Shown: piece after piece, positions 39,735-50,109 of the stretch
How positions within the stretch are numbered: the first letter of the stretch is position 1
How the letters are laid out: every line of letters starts with the position of its first letter
Source of the DNA: Bacteriovoracia bacterium
GTDB lineage: Bacteria > Bdellovibrionota > UBA1018 > CAIPTA01
Reading direction: 5' to 3'
Length of the DNA: 64,000 bases
Assembly (NCBI GenBank): GCA_050246755.1
Contig: JBFWVL010000002.1
Coordinates: forward strand, 32,001-96,000
Notes under the pieces: model-generated
The model's input: the letters and a program-made list of their open reading frames with translations, nothing else
What the model was told of the DNA's origin: nothing
Databases searched by the model: none
Translations under genes and position numbers: made by a program

Positions 39735-40409
39735 ATGACCGAGCCAAACAGAATAGTTCATCACGGCGATGCCCTCATCTGGCTGAAAGAAAACGGCATC
39801 CAGGAAAATGCCTCCTTCATCACTTCGATGCCGGATTTCACGGAGTTTCCTTCTTTGAGCTTGGCCGAATGGAGTGCCTGGTTCACGGGCGCCGCGCAGG
39901 CCGTACTGGAATCCTGCCCGGAAAATGGCGTGTCGATTTTTTACCAGCGCGATAGCAAAAAGGACGGCGCATGGGTAAACAAAGCCTACCTCATCCAGAA
40001 AGCGGCCGAAGCCGCGGGCCACGCGCAGCTCTGGCATAAAATAATTTGTCGTGTGCCGCCCGGAAATATCACGTTCGGGAAGCCCGCCTATTCTCATTTG
40101 CTCTGCTTTTCCAAAGGGGTACGGCCGGATTTGACGAAATCCACGGCCGATGTGGTTTTGATGGCCGGGAAAACCACCTGGGCCCGCGGCATGGGCACCA
40201 AAGCCTGTGAAATCGCCTGCCGCTTTATTTTAGAGAATACGGACACCCGCACCGTGGTGGATCCGTTCTGTGGCCAGGGGGCCGTACTCGCCATCGCTAA
40301 TAAGCTCGGGCTCGCCGCGGTGGGCGTAGAGCTCAGCCGCAAGCGGGCCGAGAAGGCTCAAGCCCTCGAAATGTCGCTCGAGGGAGCCTGGTCTTTGCCG
40401 CGGGCTTAG
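39735..40409 (+). CDS. SAM-dependent methyltransferase, N4/N6 DNA-MTase-like layout
   Basis: HGDAL..ITSMPD near the N-terminus; VVDPFCGQG..GVEL near the C-terminus. Confidence 0.7.
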   Translation: MTEPNRIVHHGDALIWLKENGIQENASFITSMPDFTEFPSLSLAEWSAWFTGAAQAVLESCPENGVSIFYQRDSKKDGAWVNKAYLIQKAAEAAGHAQLWHKIICRVPPGNITFGKPAYSHLLCFSKGVRPDLTKSTADVVLMAGKTTWARGMGTKACEIACRFILENTDTRTVVDPFCGQGAVLAIANKLGLAAVGVELSRKRAEKAQALEMSLEGAWSLPRA

Positions 40410-40425
40410 CGTAGTCTCGCCACGC

Positions 40426-40974
40426 ATGAGCAACGGCACCGCCCTCTATCGCTTCCAGATCAATCTTTCCGACGTGGATCGCAACCTTTACGAGAAACTC
40501 GATTTTCGTTTGGCCAAGCATCCATCTGAATCTTCGGATTTTCTGCTCACCCGCATGTTCGCCTATGTTTTAAATTTTCAGGAAGGCTTGGTGTTCTCGC
40601 CGGCCGGCCTCGCGGAGCCCGACGATCCCTGCCTGAGCATGCCGGATCCCCGGGGCGGGCTCGAGCTCTGGATAGAGGTAGGCAGCCCGAGCGCGCGGCG
40701 TCTGCACAAGGCGGCCAAGGCCTCCACGAAGGTGAAGGTGTATACCTATAAAAATCCTCAGGCCCTGGTGAAGGAGATCGTTACGGAGAAAGTATATAAT
40801 CTGGAACGCATCGAAGTGTATTCCCTGACCTTCGAATTTCTCGCGCGTCTCGAAGCCGCGATGGAGCGGGATAATTCCTGGGACGTGCTGCATAACGAGG
40901 GCTCGCTTACGGTGAATATCGGCGATCTTTCGGAAGCCGGTGAATTATCCCGGCACGAGATCCCGAAGGCGTAG
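40426..40974 (+). CDS. yaeQ: YaeQ family protein
   Basis: LSDVDR, AKHPSES, LWIEVG.P..RLHKA. Confidence 0.9.
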   Translation: MSNGTALYRFQINLSDVDRNLYEKLDFRLAKHPSESSDFLLTRMFAYVLNFQEGLVFSPAGLAEPDDPCLSMPDPRGGLELWIEVGSPSARRLHKAAKASTKVKVYTYKNPQALVKEIVTEKVYNLERIEVYSLTFEFLARLEAAMERDNSWDVLHNEGSLTVNIGDLSEAGELSRHEIPKA

Positions 40975-40976
40975 TT

Positions 40977-41810
40977 ATGGGTAAAGTAAGCCAAAAATTG
41001 CAGTTCGTTTGCCCGATCGACGGCCTTCCCCTCGCGAAGGAAGGAAATTCCCTTCGCTGCGAAAAGAAGCATACCTACGATCTGGCCAAAGAAGGTTACT
41101 GCAATCTATTGCTCGTGCAGCAAAAGAATTCCCTCGATCCCGGAGACAATAAGGAGATGGTGGCGGCGCGAAGGCGTTTTCTCGACGGGGGATTTTACGC
41201 GCCCATCGCCGAAAAACTTTCCACCCTTGTTTCTTCCATTACCGGGCATACCGGATTCAGCATCGCCGACGCCGGCTGCGGGGAGGGATACTACCTCGAT
41301 TACCTAAATAAAGCGGGGCACTATAATCTGGCCGGTTTCGATATTTCGAAGTGGGCCGTGCAGGCGGCGGCGAAAAGAAATCCCAGGCTGAGCTGGGCGG
41401 TGGCCAGCAATCGCAAAATTCCTTTTGCGCCGGGAAGCGTGGATTTGATCCTCTCGCTCTTTGGCTTTCCGCTCTGGGATAGCTTTCGGAAAGTTCTCGG
41501 GAAGGAGGGGCTTGTTCTCCTCGTGGATCCGGCTCCCGGGCATTTACTAGAACTAAGAAAGATTATCTATCCGGTGGTAAATGCAACGGAGCTCTATTCG
41601 CTTCGCGAGGCGGAGGCGAGTGGATTTCGCCTCGCGAAAGAAGAGGTGCTCAATTTTTCTATTTCCTTAAATAGCCAAGAGCAAATCCAAGACCTATTGG
41701 CTATGACTCCCCATGCGCACCGGATCGGCCAAGAGGGGCGCGAGGCGCTTGGCAAATTGCGGCAGCTTACGGTGACGGCTGAAGTAGTGCTCCGTGTGAT
41801 TGCCGTCTGA
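40977..41810 (+). CDS. rlmA: RlmA-like 23S rRNA m1G methyltransferase
   Basis: Zn-finger N-terminus, PGDNKEMVAARRRFL, DAGCGEGYY, MTP. Confidence 0.85.
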   Translation: MGKVSQKLQFVCPIDGLPLAKEGNSLRCEKKHTYDLAKEGYCNLLLVQQKNSLDPGDNKEMVAARRRFLDGGFYAPIAEKLSTLVSSITGHTGFSIADAGCGEGYYLDYLNKAGHYNLAGFDISKWAVQAAAKRNPRLSWAVASNRKIPFAPGSVDLILSLFGFPLWDSFRKVLGKEGLVLLVDPAPGHLLELRKIIYPVVNATELYSLREAEASGFRLAKEEVLNFSISLNSQEQIQDLLAMTPHAHRIGQEGREALGKLRQLTVTAEVVLRVIAV

Positions 41811-41817
41811 CTATTTC

Positions 41818-42408
41818 CTAGTTCGCCTTGCGGCAGCTGCCGTTGGCCTGGCAGCTCATGATCTGCTGGCGAAGCTCCATGAGCTCCTGCAGGTCCATTT
41901 CGAGGGCCATATCGAAGCCGGCGCGGTCGGCGCCTTCGCTGGAAATCGAGATAAAGTTAGTTACGCTGGCGAATTGGCTCTTGCTGTAGTGCTGGCCGTT
42001 CTTCGTGGCCCAGAGGTTTACGTCGTCGCCGGTGCCGATCACCGAGAGAAAACGGGATCTTTGCTTATTGGCCTTATTTTTAGCGCTGTTGAAGTTGCTC
42101 CAGCACTTCACTTCACCTACCAGCACGGCTTTCATGGTGGGTTTTTCGAATACCACCACGTCTAATTCACCTTCGGTGGCGCGGTTGCGGCCGTAGGCGA
42201 TGCCGTTGGTGATTGCGTAGCGATTTTCGGGATAATCTTTCATGAGCTCCAGGCGGGCCACTTGTTCACAGATGGTCCCCACCACGGTCATGTTCTCGCC
42301 GCTGTCGCGGAGTAGGGCGAAGGCTTGGCTTTGGCTCAAAGCGAAGGCCGAAGGAGAGAGGAAAACAAGCAAGCAGGCGAACGCAAAACAATTGCGGAAA
42401 GTGGACAT
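41818..42408 (-). CDS. Secreted protein with PD-(D/E)XK-like motif
   Basis: Signal peptide (AFA); E..GELDVVVF..GEVKC. Confidence 0.6.
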   Translation of the reverse strand: MSTFRNCFAFACLLVFLSPSAFALSQSQAFALLRDSGENMTVVGTICEQVARLELMKDYPENRYAITNGIAYGRNRATEGELDVVVFEKPTMKAVLVGEVKCWSNFNSAKNKANKQRSRFLSVIGTGDDVNLWATKNGQHYSKSQFASVTNFISISSEGADRAGFDMALEMDLQELMELRQQIMSCQANGSCRKAN

Positions 42409-42649
42409 CGTAACCTCGTAGGCAAGCATTGCGGTGCTTGGTAGAAACGCCGAGCCAATTCTCGGCTTATACAAAGGACGCAGGGGTTGTAACGCTGATT
42501 TTGCCTTATTGCACCCATTTAATGGTTTGATGCAAGTCATTAATTTTAAAAGAAAAATAACTCGCTCGGTTGTAAATAAAAATCGCCCGAGAGGAGGGGG
42601 CTCTTTTTTGATTCTTGGGATTCTAAACCCTCTTCGCTACCATGGCCTC

Positions 42650-43468
42650 ATGCAATTGCAGCCAAATGAAGCGCAGCCCGGCTTGCGCGAACCACTGCGC
42701 TTCACACGCAAAACCTTCGGCGCATTGATCGCGCTCGCGGCGGTGATCGCCCTTTTGGCCATTACCCGCAATGACCTGGCTTCGGCGGAATGGAATGCCA
42801 TCTTCGGCCACGGGAACTGGGCGGTTCGCATGGACTGGCTGCTCTTTGGAATCTTCCTGTTTTTTTTGATCTGTACCTCTCTGGATCCCAATCTGCGATT
42901 GGATCTTGCCACCGTGGCGGCGGGTTTCGCGGGCGGAACAGTGATTGAGATCTGGGGCACCCAGACCGGCCTTTGGTATTACTATACGGGCGAGAAGCCT
43001 CCGCTATGGATATTGCCGGCCTGGAGCGCCTCCGCCCTCGCTAACGAAAAATTGCAGCGGGCGATAATGAGGCTTTTACCAGAATCTTGGCGGGAGAAAA
43101 TCATCAGCGATGCCGGGGGAGGAAGGGAGGTAAGGGTTCTGCACGCCTTCATCGCGGCGCCGTTACTCCTGTTTTTTCTGTATTGGTCGAGCCCCACGAT
43201 CACGCAACCTATTTCGATCGCCGTCACCCTGCTGATCTTTACTGCGATTTGTCGCCATCGCTTTCCTTACTATGCTTTCTCTCTATTTTTTGCGGGCGCA
43301 GTGCTGGGTATTTTTTTAGAAATTTGGGGCACTACGCGTCATTGCTGGAATTATTACGACGGAAAAACTCCTTCTCCATTTCCTATCTTAGGGCACGGAA
43401 TGGCGGGGGTCGCTTTTTGGCGCCTAAAAGGCTTTATGAGAAGCCTTTTTTCCTTCTTAAAAGCCTAA
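42650..43468 (+). CDS. Membrane protein with duplicated EIWGT..WxYY domain
   Basis: Internal repeat IEIWGTQTGLWYYY / LEIWGTTRHCWNYY. Confidence 0.65.
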   Translation: MQLQPNEAQPGLREPLRFTRKTFGALIALAAVIALLAITRNDLASAEWNAIFGHGNWAVRMDWLLFGIFLFFLICTSLDPNLRLDLATVAAGFAGGTVIEIWGTQTGLWYYYTGEKPPLWILPAWSASALANEKLQRAIMRLLPESWREKIISDAGGGREVRVLHAFIAAPLLLFFLYWSSPTITQPISIAVTLLIFTAICRHRFPYYAFSLFFAGAVLGIFLEIWGTTRHCWNYYDGKTPSPFPILGHGMAGVAFWRLKGFMRSLFSFLKA

Positions 43469-43596
43469 AATTTACTGCGTATTTCAAGAGAGGCGCGGAG
43501 ATTCGCCGCATGCCGATCCTGAACCGGTGTTTTGGTCTATTTGCGACTAAAATCATGCTAAGTCGCATATAGCCAAAACTAACCGAAGGTGATCCT

Positions 43597-46500
43597 TTGA
43601 CGCACGTAGACTCTCCTACTTTTAAACGCATCCTTTTACGCAACCTCGCGCTCCCCCTTTTTATGAGCGCATTATTGGTGGCGATTTTTATTGGGGTACT
43701 TAGCTACTTACTCGCGAGAAACGCCGAAATCGCGGAGATCGACCTCGCCATTAGCGAAGAAACCGAAACCTTGAAGCTGGTAGTAGATGCCGAAACCGGG
43801 CTGCGCGGTTTTCTTTTAGGAAAAGACAAAACCTACTTGGATCCTTATACCACCGGCGTAGCCCAGATTGGCGGCCGTTTCGATTCGCTGGAAAAGCATC
43901 TCCAAGCCACGATCGGCGAGTCTCACTCTCTGCGCAGTGTTCGAGAAAAGTTTGACCGCTGGAATAAAGCGGCGGAAGTGGCCATCGAAAGGGGCACGAA
44001 GGGGCACGCCTCCGATAACCAAGGAATGCTCAGCCGCAAAGATGACATGGACTCCATCCGTGCAGATTTTGGCGCCATTCACCAAAAATTGGAAACTAGC
44101 CGCAGCGAATTGGCAGCGGTCGCCGATACGCGTTCGCGGCAGGTAGCGCTCGGTACGGCACTGTTCACGTTAGTGATCGGGGCTTTCATGGCGCTCTCGG
44201 GGCGTAGCCAGTTGATCGCTTTGTCCAGTTCCTACGAAGAATCGATGGCCGTGCAGGCCAAGCAAAACGAGCTGCTCGCTAAAAGCGCGTGGATTAAAAG
44301 CGGGCAGGCACAGCTGGCGGAAAAGGTGCGCGGGGATTTGAGCCGGGAGGTTCTCACCAAGCAAATTTTGAATTTTCTTGCAGGCTATTCCGGGGCCCAG
44401 GTGGGAGCATTTTACACTAAAAATCAGCTGAACCGTTTCGAGCGCACCGCGCAGTTTGCCTATGCGGAAAATGAGTTAGGCGTGCAGAGAAGAGAATTTG
44501 CCTACGGCGAAGGCCTGGTAGGGCAGACGGCGGAGACGCGTACGATTTTAAGCCTATCGAATATTCCGGATAACTACGTGAAGGTGACTTCCGGTACCGG
44601 CGATGCCCTGCCGCGGCACCTCATCCTGGCTCCGGCTTACGCGGATGGAGTTTCTCAAGGGGTAATCGAGCTGGCCTTCCTACAGCATCCCAAGGAAGAA
44701 GTCTTGGCGCTGCTCGACGGCTCGGCCGAGATCATCGGAAATGCCGTGCAGTCGATGATTTTCCGCACCCGCTTGCAACAGCTTCTCGAAGAAAGCCAGC
44801 AACTGACCGAAGAGCTGCAGGCCCAGCAGGAAGAGCTGCGGGTTTCGAACGAAGAGTTGGAGGAAAGAACGAGAGTCTTGCAGGAGACTCAGTCGCGACT
44901 CGAAAGCCAGCATGCGGAACTGGAACAGACCAACGAGCAGCTCGAGGAACAAGCCAGCGTGCTCGAAGAGCAAAAACGGAACCTGGATTCCCAAAATCGC
45001 GTGCTCGAAGACGCAAGCCGCGAAATCGAAAAGAAAGCGACGGAGCTCGAATCGGCGAGCCGCTACAAATCGGAATTTTTGGCTAATATGTCGCATGAGC
45101 TGCGCACTCCGCTCAACTCCACCCTCATCTTGGCCACTCTCCTCAAAAATAATTCCACGGGGAACCTTACCGAAGAGCAGATCGAGTTCGCGAATACGAT
45201 TTATTCTTCCGGCAATGATCTGCTCCAGCTGATCAACGATATCCTCGATCTCTCCAAAGTGGAGTCGGGAAACCTAGAGATTTTGCCCGAGCCGATCGAA
45301 GTGAAAGATATGCTCATCGGCCTTGAGCGCACGATGCGACCGGCCGCCGGCCAGAAAAAAATCGATTTCCGCCTAGCGGAAAATAGGGGCCCAAAGGTGG
45401 TGGTATCTGACCGCCAGCGCGTGGAGCAAATTCTAAAAAATCTGCTTTCGAACGCGATTAAGTTCACCGAGCATGGCCACGTAGAGCTGAGCTGTGAAAA
45501 AGACGGCGAAGACCGGGTGCGGTTCCGGGTGCGCGATACCGGGATCGGAATCGATCCCAGCCAGCAGCAAATTATCTTCGAGGCATTCCGCCAGGCAGAC
45601 GGCACCACGAGCCGCAAATTCGGCGGAACGGGGCTGGGGCTTTCGATCTCGCTTAACCTAGCTCGTCTATTGGGAGGAACGATTTCGGTGGAGAGCGCCC
45701 CGGGCAGAGGAAGTGTGTTCACGCTGGAGCTGCCGCTTAAGTACGAAAAAATGAAGGCGGAAACTCAGCTTCCGCACGCCGCCGTGCTCCCGCCTCCGCG
45801 CACCGAGACGGCGAGTGCCCCCGCGCAGAAGCCCGCCAAGAGAACCAAGCCGGAAAGGCTCACGGGGGTGCCCTTCGAGGATGACCGCGAAAAAATTAAG
45901 CCCGGAGACCGAAGGGTGCTCTTGGTGGTGGAAGACGAGCCTAAATTCGCCCACCTGCTTTATAAATTCGCCCATGAGTTTAAGTACAATTGCCTGGTGG
46001 TAGACAATATCGCCGAGGGCTTCAAGAGTGCCGAAGAATTTTTGCCCACCGCGATCATTCTCGACGTGAAATTGCCGGATGGATCTGGCCTAGCCCTCCT
46101 CGATCGCCTGAAGCAAAATCCTCGCACCCGTCATATTCCGGTATACGGATTATCCGTGCAGGACTATTCGATGGAGGCCCTTCACCTCGGCGCTGCCGGC
46201 TTCGGGCTCAAGCCTCATGATGCCGATGAGCTTCGCAAGGTTTTTGAAAAAATCGAGGCCAAGATGCGGGCTCAGACCAAGCGCGTGCTCGTGGTGGAAG
46301 ACGATCCAGTGCAACGCGCGGGAATCGAGCGATTGGTAGGGGAAAAAGGCGTAGAGATCATCTCGGTAGGCGCCGGCCAAGAGGCCCTCGAGCAGCTAGG
46401 GAAAACCGTATTCGATTGCATGATCATGGACCTGCGCCTACCCGATATGGAGGGCAATGAGTTGCTCGAACGCATGGTGAAGAATTCCGCGGCGCCAATT

Positions 46501-47097
46501 CCGCCGGTGGTGGTGTATACCGGCAAAGAAATCGACCGTCGGGAAGAGGAAGCTTTGTCCCGTTATTCTAGGAGCATCATCATCAAGGGCGCTAGATCGC
46601 CCGAGCGCCTCCTGGATGAAGTAACGCTTTTCCTGCATCAGCCGGAAGCCGAGCTCTCGGCCGAACGCCAAAAAATGCTCCGTTCCTCCCGTAACCGGGA
46701 GAGGGCCTTCGATGGGCGTAAGATTTTGCTCGTGGACGACGATGTTCGGAATATTTTCGCGCTCACGAACGCGCTGGAGCAAAAGGGCGCCTCGATCGTG
46801 ATCGCGCGCAATGGGCGCGAGGCGATCGAAAAAGTGAATACGGAATCCGAGCTCGATCTTATCCTCATGGACGTGATGATGCCGGAGATGGACGGACTCG
46901 AGGCTACGCGCAGAATCCGATCCGGAGCGCGCTCGCCGGAGATTCCCGTTATTGCCGTGACCGCCAAAGCAATGCGCGATGACTACGAAAAATGCCTGGA
47001 AGCTGGTGCAAATGACTACCTCGCTAAACCCGTAGACGTGGAAAAGCTAGTCTCTCTGATCCGTGTGTGGCTCCCTAAAAGGCTGGGGGGAGCTTGA
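43597..47097 (+). CDS. Hybrid kinase CHASE3-GAF-HisKA-HATPase-3xREC
   Basis: DAETGLRGFLL, EELQAQQEEL coiled coil, MSHELRTPL, three receiver domains. Confidence 0.93.
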   Translation: MTHVDSPTFKRILLRNLALPLFMSALLVAIFIGVLSYLLARNAEIAEIDLAISEETETLKLVVDAETGLRGFLLGKDKTYLDPYTTGVAQIGGRFDSLEKHLQATIGESHSLRSVREKFDRWNKAAEVAIERGTKGHASDNQGMLSRKDDMDSIRADFGAIHQKLETSRSELAAVADTRSRQVALGTALFTLVIGAFMALSGRSQLIALSSSYEESMAVQAKQNELLAKSAWIKSGQAQLAEKVRGDLSREVLTKQILNFLAGYSGAQVGAFYTKNQLNRFERTAQFAYAENELGVQRREFAYGEGLVGQTAETRTILSLSNIPDNYVKVTSGTGDALPRHLILAPAYADGVSQGVIELAFLQHPKEEVLALLDGSAEIIGNAVQSMIFRTRLQQLLEESQQLTEELQAQQEELRVSNEELEERTRVLQETQSRLESQHAELEQTNEQLEEQASVLEEQKRNLDSQNRVLEDASREIEKKATELESASRYKSEFLANMSHELRTPLNSTLILATLLKNNSTGNLTEEQIEFANTIYSSGNDLLQLINDILDLSKVESGNLEILPEPIEVKDMLIGLERTMRPAAGQKKIDFRLAENRGPKVVVSDRQRVEQILKNLLSNAIKFTEHGHVELSCEKDGEDRVRFRVRDTGIGIDPSQQQIIFEAFRQADGTTSRKFGGTGLGLSISLNLARLLGGTISVESAPGRGSVFTLELPLKYEKMKAETQLPHAAVLPPPRTETASAPAQKPAKRTKPERLTGVPFEDDREKIKPGDRRVLLVVEDEPKFAHLLYKFAHEFKYNCLVVDNIAEGFKSAEEFLPTAIILDVKLPDGSGLALLDRLKQNPRTRHIPVYGLSVQDYSMEALHLGAAGFGLKPHDADELRKVFEKIEAKMRAQTKRVLVVEDDPVQRAGIERLVGEKGVEIISVGAGQEALEQLGKTVFDCMIMDLRLPDMEGNELLERMVKNSAAPIPPVVVYTGKEIDRREEEALSRYSRSIIIKGARSPERLLDEVTLFLHQPEAELSAERQKMLRSSRNRERAFDGRKILLVDDDVRNIFALTNALEQKGASIVIARNGREAIEKVNTESELDLILMDVMMPEMDGLEATRRIRSGARSPEIPVIAVTAKAMRDDYEKCLEAGANDYLAKPVDVEKLVSLIRVWLPKRLGGA

Positions 47098-47921
47098 GCC
47101 GAGATACCGACACATGGGAGTTTGAGATAAAATTGCTCCTCGAGGCGATTTTCTTCAAGTACAGGAGCGACTTCCGTCATTACTCCACCTCGTCGATACG
47201 CCGCCGTCTCGGCATCGCGCTCCCTAAGCTCGGCCTGCAGACGATCAGCCAGCTCCAGGATAAAATTTTGGCGGATCCCGCCGTGTTCGATTTTATTTTA
47301 CAGCACCTGAGCGTGCCTACCACCGAGATGTTCCGAGATCCCTCTTATTTCGCGGCATTACGCACGGAGGTGTTTCCGGTTCTCGCTACCTACCCGTCGC
47401 TGAAGATCTGGTCGGCGGGCTGCAGTACGGGGGAGGAGGTTTTCTCGCTGGCGATTCTGCTCCACGAGGAACGACTCCTGAGCCGGTCATTGATCTACGC
47501 CACGGACATTAATCCGGCGAGCCTGCGTAGCGCGCAGGCGGGAATTCTCGCGCAGGACGAGCTCGCCAAATTCACCGCAAACTACCAGAAGGCGGGCGGT
47601 AAGGCGGCCTTTTCGGATTATTATACCGCGGGAGAAAAAGGCGCCTTTCTGCACCAGGAGCTGCTCGATCGCATGGTATTCGCCGATCATAGCTTAGCCA
47701 CCGACAGCGTGTTCGCCGAGGTGCAGCTGGTTTCGTGTCGCAATGTGCTTATCTATTTTACCAAGCCTTTGCAGGACCGAGCGTTCGGACTTTTTCATGA
47801 TTCGCTATCGAAGCGCGGCTTCCTTGGCATCGGCTCTAAAGAGTCGGTACGTTTTTCTACTTACCGCGATCAGTTCCAAGAGTTCGACGCGCGCCAAAAA
47901 ATCTACCGGAAGGCCCAATAG
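47094..47921 (+). CDS. CheR-type methyltransferase
   Basis: EMFRD, IWSAGCSTGEE, CRNVLIYF. Confidence 0.93.
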   Translation: MSRDTDTWEFEIKLLLEAIFFKYRSDFRHYSTSSIRRRLGIALPKLGLQTISQLQDKILADPAVFDFILQHLSVPTTEMFRDPSYFAALRTEVFPVLATYPSLKIWSAGCSTGEEVFSLAILLHEERLLSRSLIYATDINPASLRSAQAGILAQDELAKFTANYQKAGGKAAFSDYYTAGEKGAFLHQELLDRMVFADHSLATDSVFAEVQLVSCRNVLIYFTKPLQDRAFGLFHDSLSKRGFLGIGSKESVRFSTYRDQFQEFDARQKIYRKAQ

Positions 47922-48521
47922 ATGCTTATTCCCGCAGAAATTGGAAAACAAATAGATTTCGTGGCGATTGGGTGCTCGGCCGGGGGCTTCGATGCTCTGC
48001 GTATGATCCTTCCAAAGCTGCCCGCCGACTTCGATAAGGCCGTGGTGGTGCTGATTCATCTGTCGCCCGACAGAGAATCGCTCGTAGCCCAAAATTTTCA
48101 GGGACGCTGCCTCATCCCGGTAAAAGAAGCCGAAGATAAGGAAGTGATCGCGGGAGGAAATATTTATATCGCCCCCCCGAATTATCATCTTTTGGCGGAA
48201 CCCGGCGGATCTTTCTCTTTGAGCGTAGATGAGCCCGAGAACTGCTCTCGGCCTTCCATCGACGTATTGATGGATACCGCCGCCCACGTGTACGGGCCCA
48301 GAATGATCGGGGTATTGCTTACCGGCGCCAATGCCGACGGAGCGCGCGGCTTAGCAAAAGTTAAGGAACTAGGCGGGATTGCGGTCGTAGAGGATCCCGC
48401 CACCGCCATGTATCCACAAATGCCGGGGGCCGGCCTGGAAGTGGCGAGGCCCCAATTGGTAATGCCGGTGGCGATGATTGCCGACTGGCTGGCGGCCTTG
48501 GCGAAAAAGGAAGGGAAGTGA
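47922..48521 (+). CDS. CheB-type methylesterase without receiver domain
   Basis: GCSAGG, IH, RPSID, LTGANADG. Confidence 0.92.
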   Translation: MLIPAEIGKQIDFVAIGCSAGGFDALRMILPKLPADFDKAVVVLIHLSPDRESLVAQNFQGRCLIPVKEAEDKEVIAGGNIYIAPPNYHLLAEPGGSFSLSVDEPENCSRPSIDVLMDTAAHVYGPRMIGVLLTGANADGARGLAKVKELGGIAVVEDPATAMYPQMPGAGLEVARPQLVMPVAMIADWLAALAKKEGK

Positions 48522-49726
48522 ACGTGAAAGATATCAAAGTTCTCCTCGTGGACGACCGGGAAGAAAATCTTCTGGCGCTGGAAGGCCTGCTCAAGGGGTC
48601 GGTGGGTCAGGTGGTTCGCGCCCGCTCCGGCAGAGAAGCCCTGGAGAGCCTCCTGCAGCACGAATTCGCCGTGGCGGTAGTGGACGTGCAAATGCCCGAG
48701 ATGGATGGATTTGAGCTCGCGGAGCTCATGCGCGGTAACGAAAGAACTCGCACGGTGCCGATCATCTTCGTGACGGCCGGAGCCCATAGCCGTTCTAGTA
48801 CCTTTCGTGGATACGAGAGTGGGGCGGTGGATTTTCTCAATAAGCCGTTGGATCCGCACGTCGTAAAGAGTAAAATTCAAGTTTTCATCGAGCTAGCTAA
48901 GCAAGGCCAGCTCGTGAAGGAGCAGCTCGCGGAAACACAGGAGGCGCTCCGAGACCGCGACTCCGCGCTTAAGGCCGCCCGTGAGGCGTTGCAGTCGCGT
49001 GACGAATTTCTTTCGATTGCCAGTCACGAGCTTAAAACGCCGCTCACGAGTTTGTTTCTGCAGCTGCAGATGATGGACCGTATTCTGAAAAAAAATATCG
49101 GTCTGAGCGATGATTCCAAGAGCCGGGAGACGTTCGCTAAGTACCTTGAACGCTTCACGGGCTCGATCGATAACGCTCTCCGCCAGAGCACGAAGCTTTC
49201 TTCGCTGCTCGATGAGCTGCTCGATCTCACGCGAATTCGTCTCGGCAAGTTATCCCTCCAGAAGAGCGAAGTAGACGTTTACCAACTCGTTTCCGAAGCT
49301 TTCGATCGGATCAATGCGCTGGCGCAAAAGGCAAAAATTGAAATGGCCTTCGATTGCCCCAAAGGCTTGACCGGCTTTTGGGATCCGGTGCGTATCGACC
49401 AAGTGATCTCCAATCTGCTCACTAACGGTATCAAATACGGCGGCGGCTCGGCCGTGACCATGACGGTAAAAAAAGCGGGCATGGACGCGGTGGTCATTTC
49501 CGTGGAAGATCGCGGCCCCGGAATCCCCCATGAGCTCCAGGACAAAATTTTTGAGCGCTTCGAGCGCGCCGTTTCCGGAAATCAGATATCCGGGTTGGGT
49601 CTCGGCCTCTATATTTCGCGGCAAATTGCGGAAGCGCACCAAGGCTCGATTCAGGTGCGTAGCGAAGAGGGCAAGGGCGCTTGTTTTGAGGTTACCCTGC
49701 CGTTAGGAAGAAAGGAGGGGGCGTGA
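48518..49726 (+). CDS. Hybrid REC-histidine kinase
   Basis: VDD..DVQMPEMDG; ASHELKTPL; GLGLGL. Confidence 0.92.
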   Translation: MNVKDIKVLLVDDREENLLALEGLLKGSVGQVVRARSGREALESLLQHEFAVAVVDVQMPEMDGFELAELMRGNERTRTVPIIFVTAGAHSRSSTFRGYESGAVDFLNKPLDPHVVKSKIQVFIELAKQGQLVKEQLAETQEALRDRDSALKAAREALQSRDEFLSIASHELKTPLTSLFLQLQMMDRILKKNIGLSDDSKSRETFAKYLERFTGSIDNALRQSTKLSSLLDELLDLTRIRLGKLSLQKSEVDVYQLVSEAFDRINALAQKAKIEMAFDCPKGLTGFWDPVRIDQVISNLLTNGIKYGGGSAVTMTVKKAGMDAVVISVEDRGPGIPHELQDKIFERFERAVSGNQISGLGLGLYISRQIAEAHQGSIQVRSEEGKGACFEVTLPLGRKEGA

Positions 49727-50109
49727 AGAATATCATGGTAGTGGAAGACGATGACGATATTCGGGATGTGCTCGAATCCGTGCTTAGCGATGAGGGGTAT
49801 TTGGTAAACAGTTTCGAAAGTCTTCCGGCCGCTTCCGATTGGCTCGCCGGCGAGGAGGCGCGTCCCGATCTTATTCTTTTGGATTTTATGTTCCCCCAGG
49901 GAAATAGCTCCAACTTTTTAGCCGCTCTACAGCTACGCGCCAACCGCGTGCCCGTATTGCTCATGTCGGCCGGAAACAGCGTAATCCTCGGTGGCGATGC
50001 CGACCGCGCCGACGGGTTTATTAGCAAACCCATCCAAATAGACACGCTTCTCGGGGAAATTGGGAAATGGGTCTCGCATGGCCAGTCGCCTTTCGGGCCC
50101 TGCGGTTAA
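49723..50109 (+). CDS. Single-domain response regulator
   Basis: VEDD, LLD, KP. Confidence 0.88.
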   Translation: MKNIMVVEDDDDIRDVLESVLSDEGYLVNSFESLPAASDWLAGEEARPDLILLDFMFPQGNSSNFLAALQLRANRVPVLLMSAGNSVILGGDADRADGFISKPIQIDTLLGEIGKWVSHGQSPFGPCG

